Below are positions 26,649 to 36,499 of a DNA stretch of 64,000 bases, in pieces. Numbering within the stretch: the first letter of the stretch is position 1; the number at the start of each line of letters is the position of its first letter. The stretch covers positions 4,975 through 68,974 of the IMG/VR virus record IMGVR_UViG_3300049744_000068; one strand, 5' to 3'. This stretch comes from a virus. Lineage: Duplodnaviria; Caudoviricetes. Position numbers and translations under genes: made by a program. The notes beneath the pieces were generated by a model that had not been told where the DNA came from, ran no database searches, and saw nothing but the letters and a program-made list of their open reading frames with translations.

Positions 26649-28397
26649 ATGGCCCTACGTGAAGTCCTTGCGCGGTTTGGCATCGACTTCGACTCGAAGG
26701 CCGTCGAGAAAGCGGACGCGTCCGTAGAGGGGCTGGTTGGCAAGCTCAAGAGCCTGTTGCCCATCGCAGCCGGCACGGCCCTGGTTACCGGGCTTGTTGC
26801 GCTAACCCGGTCGGTCGTTGACCAAGCCGACTCGCTGCGAGACAGCGCGATCGCCCTCGGTCTGAGCGTCGAAGAGCTGCAGGCTTGGAGGCATGCCGCT
26901 GGCCTCTCAGGCGTCGCTGCTGAGCAGTTTGACGGCGCCCTTACCAAGTTCAATCGGAACGTTGCAGAGGCAGCTAAGGGCACAGGGGCGGCCGCAGAGG
27001 CCTTCAAGGAACTTGGCGTCAGCGTCAAGGATACCCAGGGCAACATTGGCCAGCCGATCGAGCTTCTCGACGGGGTAGCCGAGGGGCTCAAGAACATTGA
27101 GGATCCGGCACGGCGCACCGCGCTCGTGATGGACCTGTTCGGTCGCTCGGGGGCGAAGCTACTGCCCCTCCTCTCGGAAGGCCCCGAGGGAATGCGCAAA
27201 CTGCGCAACGAGATCAAGGAACTCGGCGGCGGGTTCACGAAGGAATTCGCGGACGGCGCCGACGAGATGAACGACAACCTGTTGCGGCTCGACGCCGCAA
27301 CGCTGTCGCTCAAGATCCGACTCGCCAACTTTCTATTGCCGGTGATCACGCGCCTTTCGATGGGTGCGACTCGCCTCGTTTCCGGGCTCAACAAATGGGC
27401 CGACGGTGCGAGCGAGGTCATCAAGAACAGCAACATCATCCGCTCTGCCCTTCTGTTCCTGGGCGGTGTCGGCGTAGCTCAGGTCTTCCGCCTCATTGGT
27501 GGGTGGAAAGGCCTCGTTCGGATTTTCAGCAGGGCAGCGCTCATCCTCGGCAGGTTTCTGCTGCGGCTGGCGCTGCCTATTTTGCTAATTGACGAGCTGA
27601 TCACCACGTTCCAGGGCGGTGACACCCTGATCCGTCGAGCGATCGACTCGATGTTCGGTGAGGGGACGACTCAGCAGATCGTCGATTGGTTCAAGAACAT
27701 CATCCCCGACGCCCAGAAATGGATTGGCGACGGGATCCAGAAGTTCAAGGACTGGGGTGTCGGGATCGAAGACGTGAAGGTCGCGCTTACGATCTTGGCG
27801 TTCACGATCGGCTCCGTGTGGGTCGCCCTCAAGGTGATGCACGGGTGGACGATCGCCATGACCCTGGCGCAGGGCGGCCTGAACATTGCAGTGGCGGCCT
27901 ATCGTGGCATCGTTGCCGGTGTCGCTGCAGCGCAACTGCTGTTCAACTCCGGCGCTTCGCTGGGAGTGATCGCGGTCAACGCGCTAGCGGCAGCATTCGT
28001 TCCCCTGCTGACAACGCTTGCTGCTGTAGCTGCTGCCTACGCTGCGGTCACGCAGGCAATGAAGCTCTTCGACGAAGCAGGCGGCGCCGGTGGCATCTGG
28101 TCCGGCGTGAAATCGCTCGTTACAGAGGGTGACTTCTTCAGCGGAATCGACGACTACCAAAACCAGCAGGCACGAGAAGCGGCTAACAACCGCGCCGGTG
28201 CCTCGGTCTACCCCACGAGTGCTGAGGTGCCAGCGGCCAACATGAGCGGCGGCGCTTCAGTCGAACAGAACATCACCGTCAATGTGCCACCCGGTACGCC
28301 CGAAACCCTCGCAAGCCGGACAGCCAACGCAACCGCGAAGGCAGTCCGAAACGAAAACAACGCCGCATATGAAGCGCTCGTTCAGACCTCACGCTGA
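26649..28397 (+). CDS. Tape measure protein (582 aa)
   Basis: Ala/Leu-rich helical, hydrophobic C-half, position after chaperones. Confidence 0.9.
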   Translation: MALREVLARFGIDFDSKAVEKADASVEGLVGKLKSLLPIAAGTALVTGLVALTRSVVDQADSLRDSAIALGLSVEELQAWRHAAGLSGVAAEQFDGALTKFNRNVAEAAKGTGAAAEAFKELGVSVKDTQGNIGQPIELLDGVAEGLKNIEDPARRTALVMDLFGRSGAKLLPLLSEGPEGMRKLRNEIKELGGGFTKEFADGADEMNDNLLRLDAATLSLKIRLANFLLPVITRLSMGATRLVSGLNKWADGASEVIKNSNIIRSALLFLGGVGVAQVFRLIGGWKGLVRIFSRAALILGRFLLRLALPILLIDELITTFQGGDTLIRRAIDSMFGEGTTQQIVDWFKNIIPDAQKWIGDGIQKFKDWGVGIEDVKVALTILAFTIGSVWVALKVMHGWTIAMTLAQGGLNIAVAAYRGIVAGVAAAQLLFNSGASLGVIAVNALAAAFVPLLTTLAAVAAAYAAVTQAMKLFDEAGGAGGIWSGVKSLVTEGDFFSGIDDYQNQQAREAANNRAGASVYPTSAEVPAANMSGGASVEQNITVNVPPGTPETLASRTANATAKAVRNENNAAYEALVQTSR

Positions 28398-29152
28398 TGG
28401 CTCACCTGGAGTGGAAAGACAAATCTGGGCACGTCGTTGCCCTGCGTTTTGATAGCGTGAAAGTTGTCGAGCATTCGCTTACCGCGGATGTGACGACGCA
28501 CCCCGTGGAAAAGGGGCCAGACGTGGCGGACAACGTTCGGCCTGAGCGCCCGTCGGTCTCGCTCACCGGGCTTGTAAGTGCCACCCCGTTGTTTGCTGTT
28601 GCGTCGCTGCTCGAGCGAGACGGCAATCGCGAGGCCCTCGGTAGTTATCGCCAGGTCAAGCTCGAGAAGAGCCCTGGCAAGTCCGTCGCGAACGCCCTGC
28701 AGGGCGGCATTGTTCAGGCCGGCCTCGACCTGATCGCTGGCGCACTCGGCCCCAAGTCTTTCGACGCACTGGTCTTCGACAACATCCAAGGTCGCATCAA
28801 GGAAGCGACCACGATCCTCACAGAGGCGCTGAACGAGGCGCGCCTCGTGAAGTTCGTTGACGAAGCCGCCGACTACGAAGACATGGTTATCACCGGTCGC
28901 GTGGTGACGCGCACGGCTGAGGGCGGCAAGTGCGCAATCATTCAGTGCGAGCTGGTGCAGATCAAGATCGTCGAATCGAAGACGGTCGAATCACCAATCC
29001 CCGCGCAACTTCGTGGCGCTGGTCTCAATGCGTTGGGTAGCGTGGCAGCGCTTCTTGGTAACAACGGGAACGTAGACGAGAAGAAGCGCGAGCAAGTCAA
29101 GAGCATGGCCGCATCGCTCTATGACGGCGCCTTCGGGGGGCTTGTTCCGTAA
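28397..29152 (+). CDS. Baseplate/tail tube initiator-like protein
   Basis: TTHPVEKGPDVADNV motif; synteny. Confidence 0.75.
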   Translation: MAHLEWKDKSGHVVALRFDSVKVVEHSLTADVTTHPVEKGPDVADNVRPERPSVSLTGLVSATPLFAVASLLERDGNREALGSYRQVKLEKSPGKSVANALQGGIVQAGLDLIAGALGPKSFDALVFDNIQGRIKEATTILTEALNEARLVKFVDEAADYEDMVITGRVVTRTAEGGKCAIIQCELVQIKIVESKTVESPIPAQLRGAGLNALGSVAALLGNNGNVDEKKREQVKSMAASLYDGAFGGLVP

Positions 29153-29511
29153 TGGCAACGCAGCTCTCTGCAATCGCAGATGGTCGCCCGCTTGTCATTC
29201 CGACATCGGTCAAGCCCTGGACGCGGCAACGCATCAACCTCGACGGGCGCACGTTCACGATCGAGCTGATGTGGAACATGACCGAGGAGCGTTGGCACCT
29301 CTCGATCTACGACGCAGAGGAAGAGCCAATCGTACTTGGCGTGTGCGTCGTGGCGAACTGGCCACTGCTTCGCTACTCGCAGTTCGATCCGCGCATGCCG
29401 CCAGGAGAAATGCTGGCTCAGGATCTGACTGGTGATGGATCACCGCCTGGTGTCGACGACTTCGGACTCGGGAAGCGAGTTGAACTCACCTACTACGCGC
29501 AGAATTTATGA
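29152..29511 (+). CDS. Baseplate plug-like protein
   Basis: QRINLDGRTFTIELMWN...W.LSIYD. Confidence 0.75.
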   Translation: MATQLSAIADGRPLVIPTSVKPWTRQRINLDGRTFTIELMWNMTEERWHLSIYDAEEEPIVLGVCVVANWPLLRYSQFDPRMPPGEMLAQDLTGDGSPPGVDDFGLGKRVELTYYAQNL

Positions 29512-30347
29512 GCAGGCTGTTCGGTCGACGTTGGACCATAACGATCGACACGATTCAAGTGACGGAACTCGACATGAGTTTCCGTTGCAAGAAGACGATC
29601 AAGCCTGATCCGAACACGTGTGAACTGACGGTCTACAACCTGAACGCCGTCAACCGAGCTCACCTCGAGGAGCTGCGCCCCAAGAAGGACGCCCTCGTTG
29701 GGATCCCGGTCAAGATCGAGGCTGGGTATGCTGATGCGCAGAGCCTGATTTGGTTGGGCGATCTGCGTACGGTTGAGACCAAGCCGGACGGGTCCACCTG
29801 GGTCACTGAGCTATCGAGTGGCGATGGCGAGAAGGCTTGCAAGAAAGCGCGTGTTAGCCAGAGCTTCGGCCCGGCAACGTCGCCCGACACCGTTCTTCGC
29901 GCGCTCGCGCACGCGATGGGGATCGGCGTTGGCAACCTCGAATTCTTTGCACAGAAGCAGCTCTTCGATTCGCTCGCGCGGCAGATCACCTCGCAGGGCC
30001 TGGTCATTTCAGGCTCAGCTGCCAAGCACCTGACACGGTGGGCGAAGTCTTCGAATCTTGAGTGGTCGATCCAAGACGGCGCGCTGCAGTTCACCGACCG
30101 CGGCAAGCCGTTGCCCGGCAAGATCCTCCTGCTCAACTCGGAAACGGGGTTGATTGGCACGCCAACGGTGGACAACGAAGGGTTGCTCACCGTCACCATG
30201 CTGATGATCCCGGATGTGCTGCCAGGTTCGCTACTCGTGCTCGATAGTGAGCGCATCAAGGGTAACTATCGAATCCGTGAGGCTGAGTACGAGGGCGATA
30301 CAAGCGGGCAGCCCTGGTACATCACGGCGGTTTGTGAGCGGATCTGA
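29508..30347 (+). CDS. Baseplate hub protein
   Basis: LTVYNL, EAGY, WSIQDG, ETGLIGTP. Confidence 0.8.
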   Translation: MSRLFGRRWTITIDTIQVTELDMSFRCKKTIKPDPNTCELTVYNLNAVNRAHLEELRPKKDALVGIPVKIEAGYADAQSLIWLGDLRTVETKPDGSTWVTELSSGDGEKACKKARVSQSFGPATSPDTVLRALAHAMGIGVGNLEFFAQKQLFDSLARQITSQGLVISGSAAKHLTRWAKSSNLEWSIQDGALQFTDRGKPLPGKILLLNSETGLIGTPTVDNEGLLTVTMLMIPDVLPGSLLVLDSERIKGNYRIREAEYEGDTSGQPWYITAVCERI

Positions 30348-30985
30348 TGGCTGCCGAACGCTCAAAGGCGGAGGTGATCTCCGCTGCAATCGACGCGAAG
30401 CTGCTCGACCTGCACACGTCCATGCCTGGGCGCGTGCACAAATACGACGGTGACAACAATACGGTTGACGTCGAGCCTGTAGTGAAGCGGGCGGTACCGC
30501 GAGACGATGGCACGTACGCGGTCGAAGCGCTGCCAATCATTCATAACGTTCCAATCGCGTGGCCGCGCGGTGGTGGTTACGCCATCCGGTTTCCGCTCTC
30601 GAAGGGCAACGCCGTAACACTGCATTTCTCGGAGGTAGCCACCGCAATTTGGCGCACCACCGGGCAGATCTCGGAACCCGGTGACGTGGTTCGCCACGAC
30701 CTATCTTACGCGTGCGCGTACCCGGGTGGGGCTAGTCCGGACAAGGAAAAGCTCGCATCACCGGGCAACGCGATGGTGATCGACATTGTCGACCTACTGC
30801 GTCTTGGCGGGAATGACGCGAAGTTTGTTGCGCTCGCTGAGCTTGTCGACGACAACTTCCAGAGGATCAAGGACCTGTTCACGAACTGGACACCGGTCGC
30901 TATGGATGGTGGCGCGGCACTCAAGACGGCATCGGGCTCACTCAACTTCGACAGCACCGCGGCGAGCAAGGTCAAGGCGGAGTAG
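30347..30985 (+). CDS. Baseplate spike (Gp138-like)
   Basis: LHTSMPGRV, VPIAWPRGGG, RHDLSYA. Confidence 0.8.
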   Translation: MAAERSKAEVISAAIDAKLLDLHTSMPGRVHKYDGDNNTVDVEPVVKRAVPRDDGTYAVEALPIIHNVPIAWPRGGGYAIRFPLSKGNAVTLHFSEVATAIWRTTGQISEPGDVVRHDLSYACAYPGGASPDKEKLASPGNAMVIDIVDLLRLGGNDAKFVALAELVDDNFQRIKDLFTNWTPVAMDGGAALKTASGSLNFDSTAASKVKAE

Positions 30986-31552
30986 TTATTCTACCATTTT
31001 CCGAATCTCGCCCACGTGTTGTCGAATCCTCTCTCTCGCCGCCTCAGGATCTTTCCTGCTGGACTGCCAGTCGCCTCCTCTAGATAGGCAGTCCTTTAGG
31101 TAGCCATCGGACTCGAACGCCGTGGCTGAGTTGTAGTAGCGCGCCTCCATCACGACGTCAGAGCCGTCCTTCGGCTTTGGAAAGATGCAGGTTGCCTGAG
31201 GCGTGCGATCGGCGAATTGCTCAACACATTTCCTCGACAGAACTGTCTGCTGTTTCGTGACACGTCCGAGCAGTGTCTCTTCGAACTTGGTTAATTTAGC
31301 TGCCTCATCCTTAGGAACGGTCGCGGTAACGTCAACGCACTCGTCGAGTTGATCTTTTTTGAAAGACACGATGGATACGGTTCGCGACGCGGTCGTTGGT
31401 GCGGGTGGCGAAGCAGTGGCGATTGTGTGTTGCGCAGATTTCGCGTGAACGACTGGCGCGGGGGTACTCGTTCTTACGTGCTCATCGCGAGTGAGTCTCC
31501 ACGAGACGACGATGACCACGAGCAGCAGGCAAACAATAAGCAGGTTCTTCAT
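30986..31552 (-). CDS. Membrane-anchored/secreted 4-Cys protein, inverted (moron)
   Basis: MKNLLIVCLLLVVIVVSW signal anchor, Pro/Thr linker, four Cys. Confidence 0.7.
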   Translation of the reverse strand: MKNLLIVCLLLVVIVVSWRLTRDEHVRTSTPAPVVHAKSAQHTIATASPPAPTTASRTVSIVSFKKDQLDECVDVTATVPKDEAAKLTKFEETLLGRVTKQQTVLSRKCVEQFADRTPQATCIFPKPKDGSDVVMEARYYNSATAFESDGYLKDCLSRGGDWQSSRKDPEAARERIRQHVGEIRKMVE

Positions 31553-31624
31553 CCATGGGATGGGTAACGCGGGAATCGCTGCGGAATCAACGACATCGTC
31601 ATAACCACGGGAAACCCCAGACAA

Positions 31625-31999
31625 ATGGCGATCACACAAATCATCCCCGCCGGCGACCTTGCCCTGGAAAACGGCAACTTCGTCTGGATCGACGGGGTGC
31701 AGATGATCCGCCAAAACATCGCCGCTCGCTTCAAGTTTTTCCTCGGCGAGTGGTTTCTCGATCTGCGCGAAGGCATTCCTTACTACCGCGACGTCCTGGT
31801 TAAGAACCCCGATATCAGCGTCGTCACTTCGATCTTTCGACAAGTGTTGAAGGACACGCCAGGCGTTCTCGAGATTCGAAAGTTCATCCTGCGATTCAAC
31901 GCAGTGGCGCGCGAGATCACGCTCGAATTCAACTGCCTCGTGGACGGCGGCGAAGTCGTCGTTACACCCGAAGACACAGCATTCATCATCAAAGTTTGA
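31625..31999 (+). CDS. Baseplate wedge / sheath initiator (gp25-like)
   Basis: FFLGEWFLDLREGIPY motif. Confidence 0.8.
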   Translation: MAITQIIPAGDLALENGNFVWIDGVQMIRQNIAARFKFFLGEWFLDLREGIPYYRDVLVKNPDISVVTSIFRQVLKDTPGVLEIRKFILRFNAVAREITLEFNCLVDGGEVVVTPEDTAFIIKV

Positions 32000-32002
32000 G
32001 CC

Positions 32003-33181
32003 ATGGCAGGTCCGTACGGAGTCACACTAACTGGGTTCAATCGAAAGCACGTCACTGCCATCAAGGCGGACATTGAGGCTTTTCAACGCGCGGAGATCAG
32101 CCCAGCTCTCGACCTGTCTACGTACACTCCATGGGGTCAAAACAATGGCATTGTGTCGAATGAGATTGGCGTCGTTTGGGAGCAGCTCGAAATCTGCGCT
32201 CACGCGATGGATCCCGACGCCGCGCAGGGATTCCTGCTGGAGTCGCTCTGCAAACTTACCGGCACCGAGCGACGTGGCGCGAGTTACAGCGTGGTTCCGC
32301 TAACGTGTGACCTCGACGCGGGGACCACGCTCGAGAGTGCTATCCACTTCGCTGCAGTGGACGGAAACCCCGAAAGTCTTTGGACGCCAGTCGAGGACTA
32401 CACCGCGGAGACTGATGGCAACCAGGTTGTCCAGTTCCGGGCTGAAATCCGTGGTCCCGTGCCGGCTGCATCCGAAACAATCACGGTCATTCACACGTCG
32501 GTAGGTGGCTGGAACAGCGTCACCAACGACACGGACGACGTAGAGGTAGGCCGGGACATCGACACGGAGCAAACGCTACGGCAGCGACGTGAGGAACAAC
32601 TAACCGCACCCGGAAGCGGTACACCCGATGCGATCCGCTCCGATTTGCTCGATCTGGATGGCGTGATCACCGCCGAGGTTTTCGAGAACGACTCGGATGA
32701 ATGGGTCGACGGCATGTCGCCTCATTCTCTTGAGGCACTGATCTTCGACGGAGAGACTCCAGCAGTCGACAACGACACCATCGCTCAGGTCCTGTGGAAT
32801 GCGCGCGGGGGTGGAATCAAGACCATTGGTTCCGTGACCGGCAATGCCGTCGACGCCAAGGGCAATACGCGGGTCATGCGCTTCAGCAGGCCCACGTTCA
32901 AGCAGGTATACATTGAGATCGAAATCGAGACCGGCAGTGGGTACGTTGGCGACACTGCGGTCAAGGCTTACATTGCTTCCAAGTGCACAGAGCTGCACGG
33001 GATCGACGATGACGTGCGCGTGCGGCGAATCGATTCGCTGGTTTTCGACCTCGGTGGTGTCATCGACGTGACGGATTTCAAACTGGGTTTTGGTGCCTCC
33101 CCGGATGGCACCACGAATCTTTCGATCGGAGCCCGTGAAATCGCGTCTTTTGATACGAGTCGCATCACGGTGACAACGTGA
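32003..33181 (+). CDS. Baseplate J-like protein
   Basis: AQGFLLESL, ETEQTLRQRR-like segment, GSGTPDAI, MRFSRP. Confidence 0.9.
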   Translation: MAGPYGVTLTGFNRKHVTAIKADIEAFQRAEISPALDLSTYTPWGQNNGIVSNEIGVVWEQLEICAHAMDPDAAQGFLLESLCKLTGTERRGASYSVVPLTCDLDAGTTLESAIHFAAVDGNPESLWTPVEDYTAETDGNQVVQFRAEIRGPVPAASETITVIHTSVGGWNSVTNDTDDVEVGRDIDTEQTLRQRREEQLTAPGSGTPDAIRSDLLDLDGVITAEVFENDSDEWVDGMSPHSLEALIFDGETPAVDNDTIAQVLWNARGGGIKTIGSVTGNAVDAKGNTRVMRFSRPTFKQVYIEIEIETGSGYVGDTAVKAYIASKCTELHGIDDDVRVRRIDSLVFDLGGVIDVTDFKLGFGASPDGTTNLSIGAREIASFDTSRITVTT

Positions 33182-33747
33182 CGTTAGCGAAGATCGACAA
33201 CCACGTTGAAAGCGGATTGTCGAAGCTCCTCGAGCAGTTCAAAGAAAAGCCGCGTCTTGCCGCTTGGATCAAGAGCTACCTGCTGCAGGTCCAGGAGGTC
33301 GAGGACGCTGTTTGGGAGCTGCTCATTTGTCGGCTCATCGACGATGCGGAAGGTCAATGGCTGACTTGGCTGGGAAAGATCGTAGGTCAGCCGCGGCGTG
33401 AGGGGACGGACGATCGCTATCGCGTGCTCGTGCGCGCGCGCATCGCGGTGAACAAATCCCACGGCACCGGCGACGAGTTGCTAGGGATTGCCTCCCTTCT
33501 GCTTGGTGAAGACGTTGACTTCACCATGACCGAGTACTTCCCGTGCTCGATCGTCTTTCAGATCGACGACCCGATCGACTTCATTCCAACCTTCGAACTC
33601 GAGATGCTCGACGAGGCAGCGCTCGCCGGCGTCCGCGTCGACGTCCACTTTTCAGCCGAAGACCCTGACGACTGGTTCATGTTTGGCGCTGGCCCCGGTT
33701 GGGGCGTGGGCCATTGGATCGGAAACGTTTCGTATCACACCGCTTGA
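33178..33747 (+). CDS. Baseplate wedge protein (DUF2612-like)
   Basis: AEGQWLTWLGKIVGQPR...DDRYRVLVRARI. Confidence 0.8.
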   Translation: MTLAKIDNHVESGLSKLLEQFKEKPRLAAWIKSYLLQVQEVEDAVWELLICRLIDDAEGQWLTWLGKIVGQPRREGTDDRYRVLVRARIAVNKSHGTGDELLGIASLLLGEDVDFTMTEYFPCSIVFQIDDPIDFIPTFELEMLDEAALAGVRVDVHFSAEDPDDWFMFGAGPGWGVGHWIGNVSYHTA

Positions 33748-33759
33748 GCGAGCGCTTGA

Positions 33760-35142
33760 ATGAACATTCCCAAAGACCTTCCAACCTGGGCGACCGACCA
33801 GAACTACACGAACGGTCCGGACGTTGGTACGCCCACCAAGATCGTTCCGAGCTCTGGCGAACTCGCCGAAGGGAACATCCGTGGCACAGCACCGTCGCCG
33901 CAGAAGTTCAACTACTGGCAGAACAACGTTAGCGCGTGGATCGAGTCGCTTGCGCCCCTCGCTGCCAACAATTGGTTCCCTGTTTTCGAGATGGCTACAA
34001 CCGGGGAAACGACGGCCGCGGCGGGTGAGGAATTCTGGGCGTTCTCAGGAAGAAGCGGTGGCGGTTCGGAGCAATCGGTTGCCGCAAGCGGCAGGGGTTC
34101 GGCGATCGCTTTCATCGATCGTGCTGGTGGCACCACAGACGAGGGTAACCTGTGGGTCTCCTCTGGCCTGGGGTCGATCCCCGTACATTCCTCGGCCGAC
34201 ATGATCCTGCGCAAGATTTCACCCGGGTTCACGGACATTTCCGAGGCTTGCTTCGGACTGGACAATGGATCTGAAAGGCTGCTGATAATTCGCCAAGGTG
34301 CTGGCGGCGTGTACTCGTACACGATGACGGATCTATTCGCTGATAGTCCGTCGGAGACCCTCAAAGCGACGCTCGGTGCCGCTTACACTCGACTCCATTA
34401 CAGTCCGCTTTTCGGGCGCTGGTACGCGAGCAAGTTCGGCGCTGCGCAATCGTGCCTCGACACAGACCTATCCGACTGGGACGCCATTACAATCCCGGCT
34501 ACTCATTCGTGGACGAGCCAGTCGATCTACAGATTCGTAAATGGCGCGTCCGAGCAGACGGATGCTGGACAGGTGTGGCTGGCATGGGCGGGTGGCTCCG
34601 GAGACCAATTCCTATTCACCGAGGACGGCACAACCCTGATCGACGCTGAGATCGACTCCGGACTCAGCGGATACCAGATCAAGGGCGTCGCCTACTCTAA
34701 ATCGCGCGATTGCTTCGGTGCGCTTCTGCATGACGGAACCTCAGCAAAGTTCTATGTAAGCAACAGCAGTAATCCGTCTGATGGGTGGACGCTGCGTAGC
34801 ACTTGGACGATGGGGTCCAATGGGATTGCGTACGACGTGTGCGCCATAGGTCCGTGCTGGGTTGTCTCTCAGCAGCGGAGATTTCGCATCTCGTACGATG
34901 GTGGTGATAGCTGGAAGAACCTGTCCGTCCCGTGGACGCAGACGGCGGTCTGTCCTTCTGACATCGCCGACATTGATGGGCGTGGTTTCAAGCGACTCAT
35001 CCCGAGCAACGGAAGAATCCTTGCCGTCATGGCAGGAGTTCCAGTCCACGTCAGAAGTTCGGAAGCTGCCGATGAGGACGTGAGTCAGCACATGCGTATC
35101 CTTTCGTCGCTTCGCATTGGCCCCGTCGAGAACGAGTACTGA
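33760..35142 (+). CDS. Tail fibre / receptor-binding protein
   Basis: N-terminal PTWA...PQKFNYW fibre anchor; Asp-box ISYDGGDSW in C-terminal part. Confidence 0.75.
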   Translation: MNIPKDLPTWATDQNYTNGPDVGTPTKIVPSSGELAEGNIRGTAPSPQKFNYWQNNVSAWIESLAPLAANNWFPVFEMATTGETTAAAGEEFWAFSGRSGGGSEQSVAASGRGSAIAFIDRAGGTTDEGNLWVSSGLGSIPVHSSADMILRKISPGFTDISEACFGLDNGSERLLIIRQGAGGVYSYTMTDLFADSPSETLKATLGAAYTRLHYSPLFGRWYASKFGAAQSCLDTDLSDWDAITIPATHSWTSQSIYRFVNGASEQTDAGQVWLAWAGGSGDQFLFTEDGTTLIDAEIDSGLSGYQIKGVAYSKSRDCFGALLHDGTSAKFYVSNSSNPSDGWTLRSTWTMGSNGIAYDVCAIGPCWVVSQQRRFRISYDGGDSWKNLSVPWTQTAVCPSDIADIDGRGFKRLIPSNGRILAVMAGVPVHVRSSEAADEDVSQHMRILSSLRIGPVENEY

Positions 35143-35143
35143 C

Positions 35144-35539
35144 ATGCCCCAAGGTTTTGCACTCGAAGAAGCCTCGAAGCTCGAGGTGATCACTGCGTTC
35201 GCCGCGGCGCAGCAGAGCATCCCAGCGGTAGAGGAAGCGCCCGGCTGGTACGTGGTGGGATCGTTTTGGCTTCCGAAGTCGTGCCAGGCGCGACTGGACG
35301 TTGCGGGTAGCGTGAGCGCCGAGGGTCTCGCGCTGACCTTGCGCTTGTTCGATGTTGCAGAAGCGGCAGCGGTGAGCGGCTCGACCGCTTCCACGCAGGC
35401 CATCACACCGTCAACCCGGTTCCTGTCGGGCAAGCTCGATCTGCCGGGGCAACGCATGTACCAAATCCAAGCGCAGTGTGTCGGCGCTGTCGGCGATGAC
35501 AAGTTCGGCATCGTGAACACCGCAAGCCTTTCGGACTAA
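35144..35539 (+). CDS. Tail-associated hypothetical protein
   Basis: Clean ORF in fibre region. Confidence 0.6.
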   Translation: MPQGFALEEASKLEVITAFAAAQQSIPAVEEAPGWYVVGSFWLPKSCQARLDVAGSVSAEGLALTLRLFDVAEAAAVSGSTASTQAITPSTRFLSGKLDLPGQRMYQIQAQCVGAVGDDKFGIVNTASLSD

Positions 35540-35545
35540 CAAGCG

Positions 35546-36490
35546 ATGGCACAAAAGTACTTGATGCAAGCGCGTTCGTCGGAAGACGGACTGCTCTACG
35601 CGTGGAGCGCTGAATCCGCTGACTTTGAGGGCGCTGGGTTTCCTGGTCCGGGGTCCCCTGAAGAGGTTGCCGTATCCATCGCACCGAGCGGTGGTGGCGG
35701 TAGCGCCGACTTCCCCGGCATCTCCTTCCCCGGCATCTCCTTCCACGACACCACCCACACGAGTGTCCCGGCCGAAACCGGAACGGTGCTCGCCACCTAC
35801 GACTTCGACGAGCTGCCGAACGTCCGCGATTTCTACGACGAGCCCATGCAGTTCGGGCGGGAGCCGTACTTCTGCTCGGGCACCGTTGAAGCCCACGTCG
35901 TCGACATCCACAGCTCGTTCTATGGGACCTCCGAGCAGTACTACATCGAGCAGCAGGTCGAGCGGTACTACGGCGGAGACATCTCGTTGGTTGGCGATCC
36001 AGAGATTCGGACCATATCGAGCAACCCAGAGCTGCCTTCAAACATCGCCTTCGAGATCAACGACGATGGCAACCTGGAGCTTCGCTACGAACGCGGCTTG
36101 GATGCCCCCGGCTTCGTCACCCAGACGACGATCGGTAGGCTTGCCGACACAGCCGAGCAGGTGCCGACCGTGCAAGCTGCTACTTGGTGGCACGATAGCG
36201 GCCAGTACTACATCGAGCTGTACTTCGGGGACGTGGCACTCGATCCCGAGAGTCTCCCAAACCTGTCGTCGTACGATGCCAGCGATGCGGGTGTTGAGGT
36301 ATCGGGCTACGGGACGGGTGACTACTCGCCTGCGGCCAACATGCCAGTCGGCTACCTGTACCTGTTTCTTTCTGATGAGCCCGCGATCGACACACTCTAC
36401 CTGTCGTTCACCCGCTCGGGATCCCGACTGCGCAAGCTCCACGGGGCAGAGGTCGAGAACTTCACGAATCTGGTCGTTACCCTGGATTGA
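35546..36490 (+). CDS. Acidic beta-rich tail-associated protein
   Basis: Clean ORF; internal 15-bp duplication at 35711-35740 (FPGIS x2). Confidence 0.6.
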   Translation: MAQKYLMQARSSEDGLLYAWSAESADFEGAGFPGPGSPEEVAVSIAPSGGGGSADFPGISFPGISFHDTTHTSVPAETGTVLATYDFDELPNVRDFYDEPMQFGREPYFCSGTVEAHVVDIHSSFYGTSEQYYIEQQVERYYGGDISLVGDPEIRTISSNPELPSNIAFEINDDGNLELRYERGLDAPGFVTQTTIGRLADTAEQVPTVQAATWWHDSGQYYIELYFGDVALDPESLPNLSSYDASDAGVEVSGYGTGDYSPAANMPVGYLYLFLSDEPAIDTLYLSFTRSGSRLRKLHGAEVENFTNLVVTLD

Positions 36491-36499
36491 GGCACGAGC

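Noticed and set aside
26384-27439. 351-aa minus-strand ORF
   Set aside because: Antisense shadow of chaperone and tape measure genes; Ser-rich, no motifs
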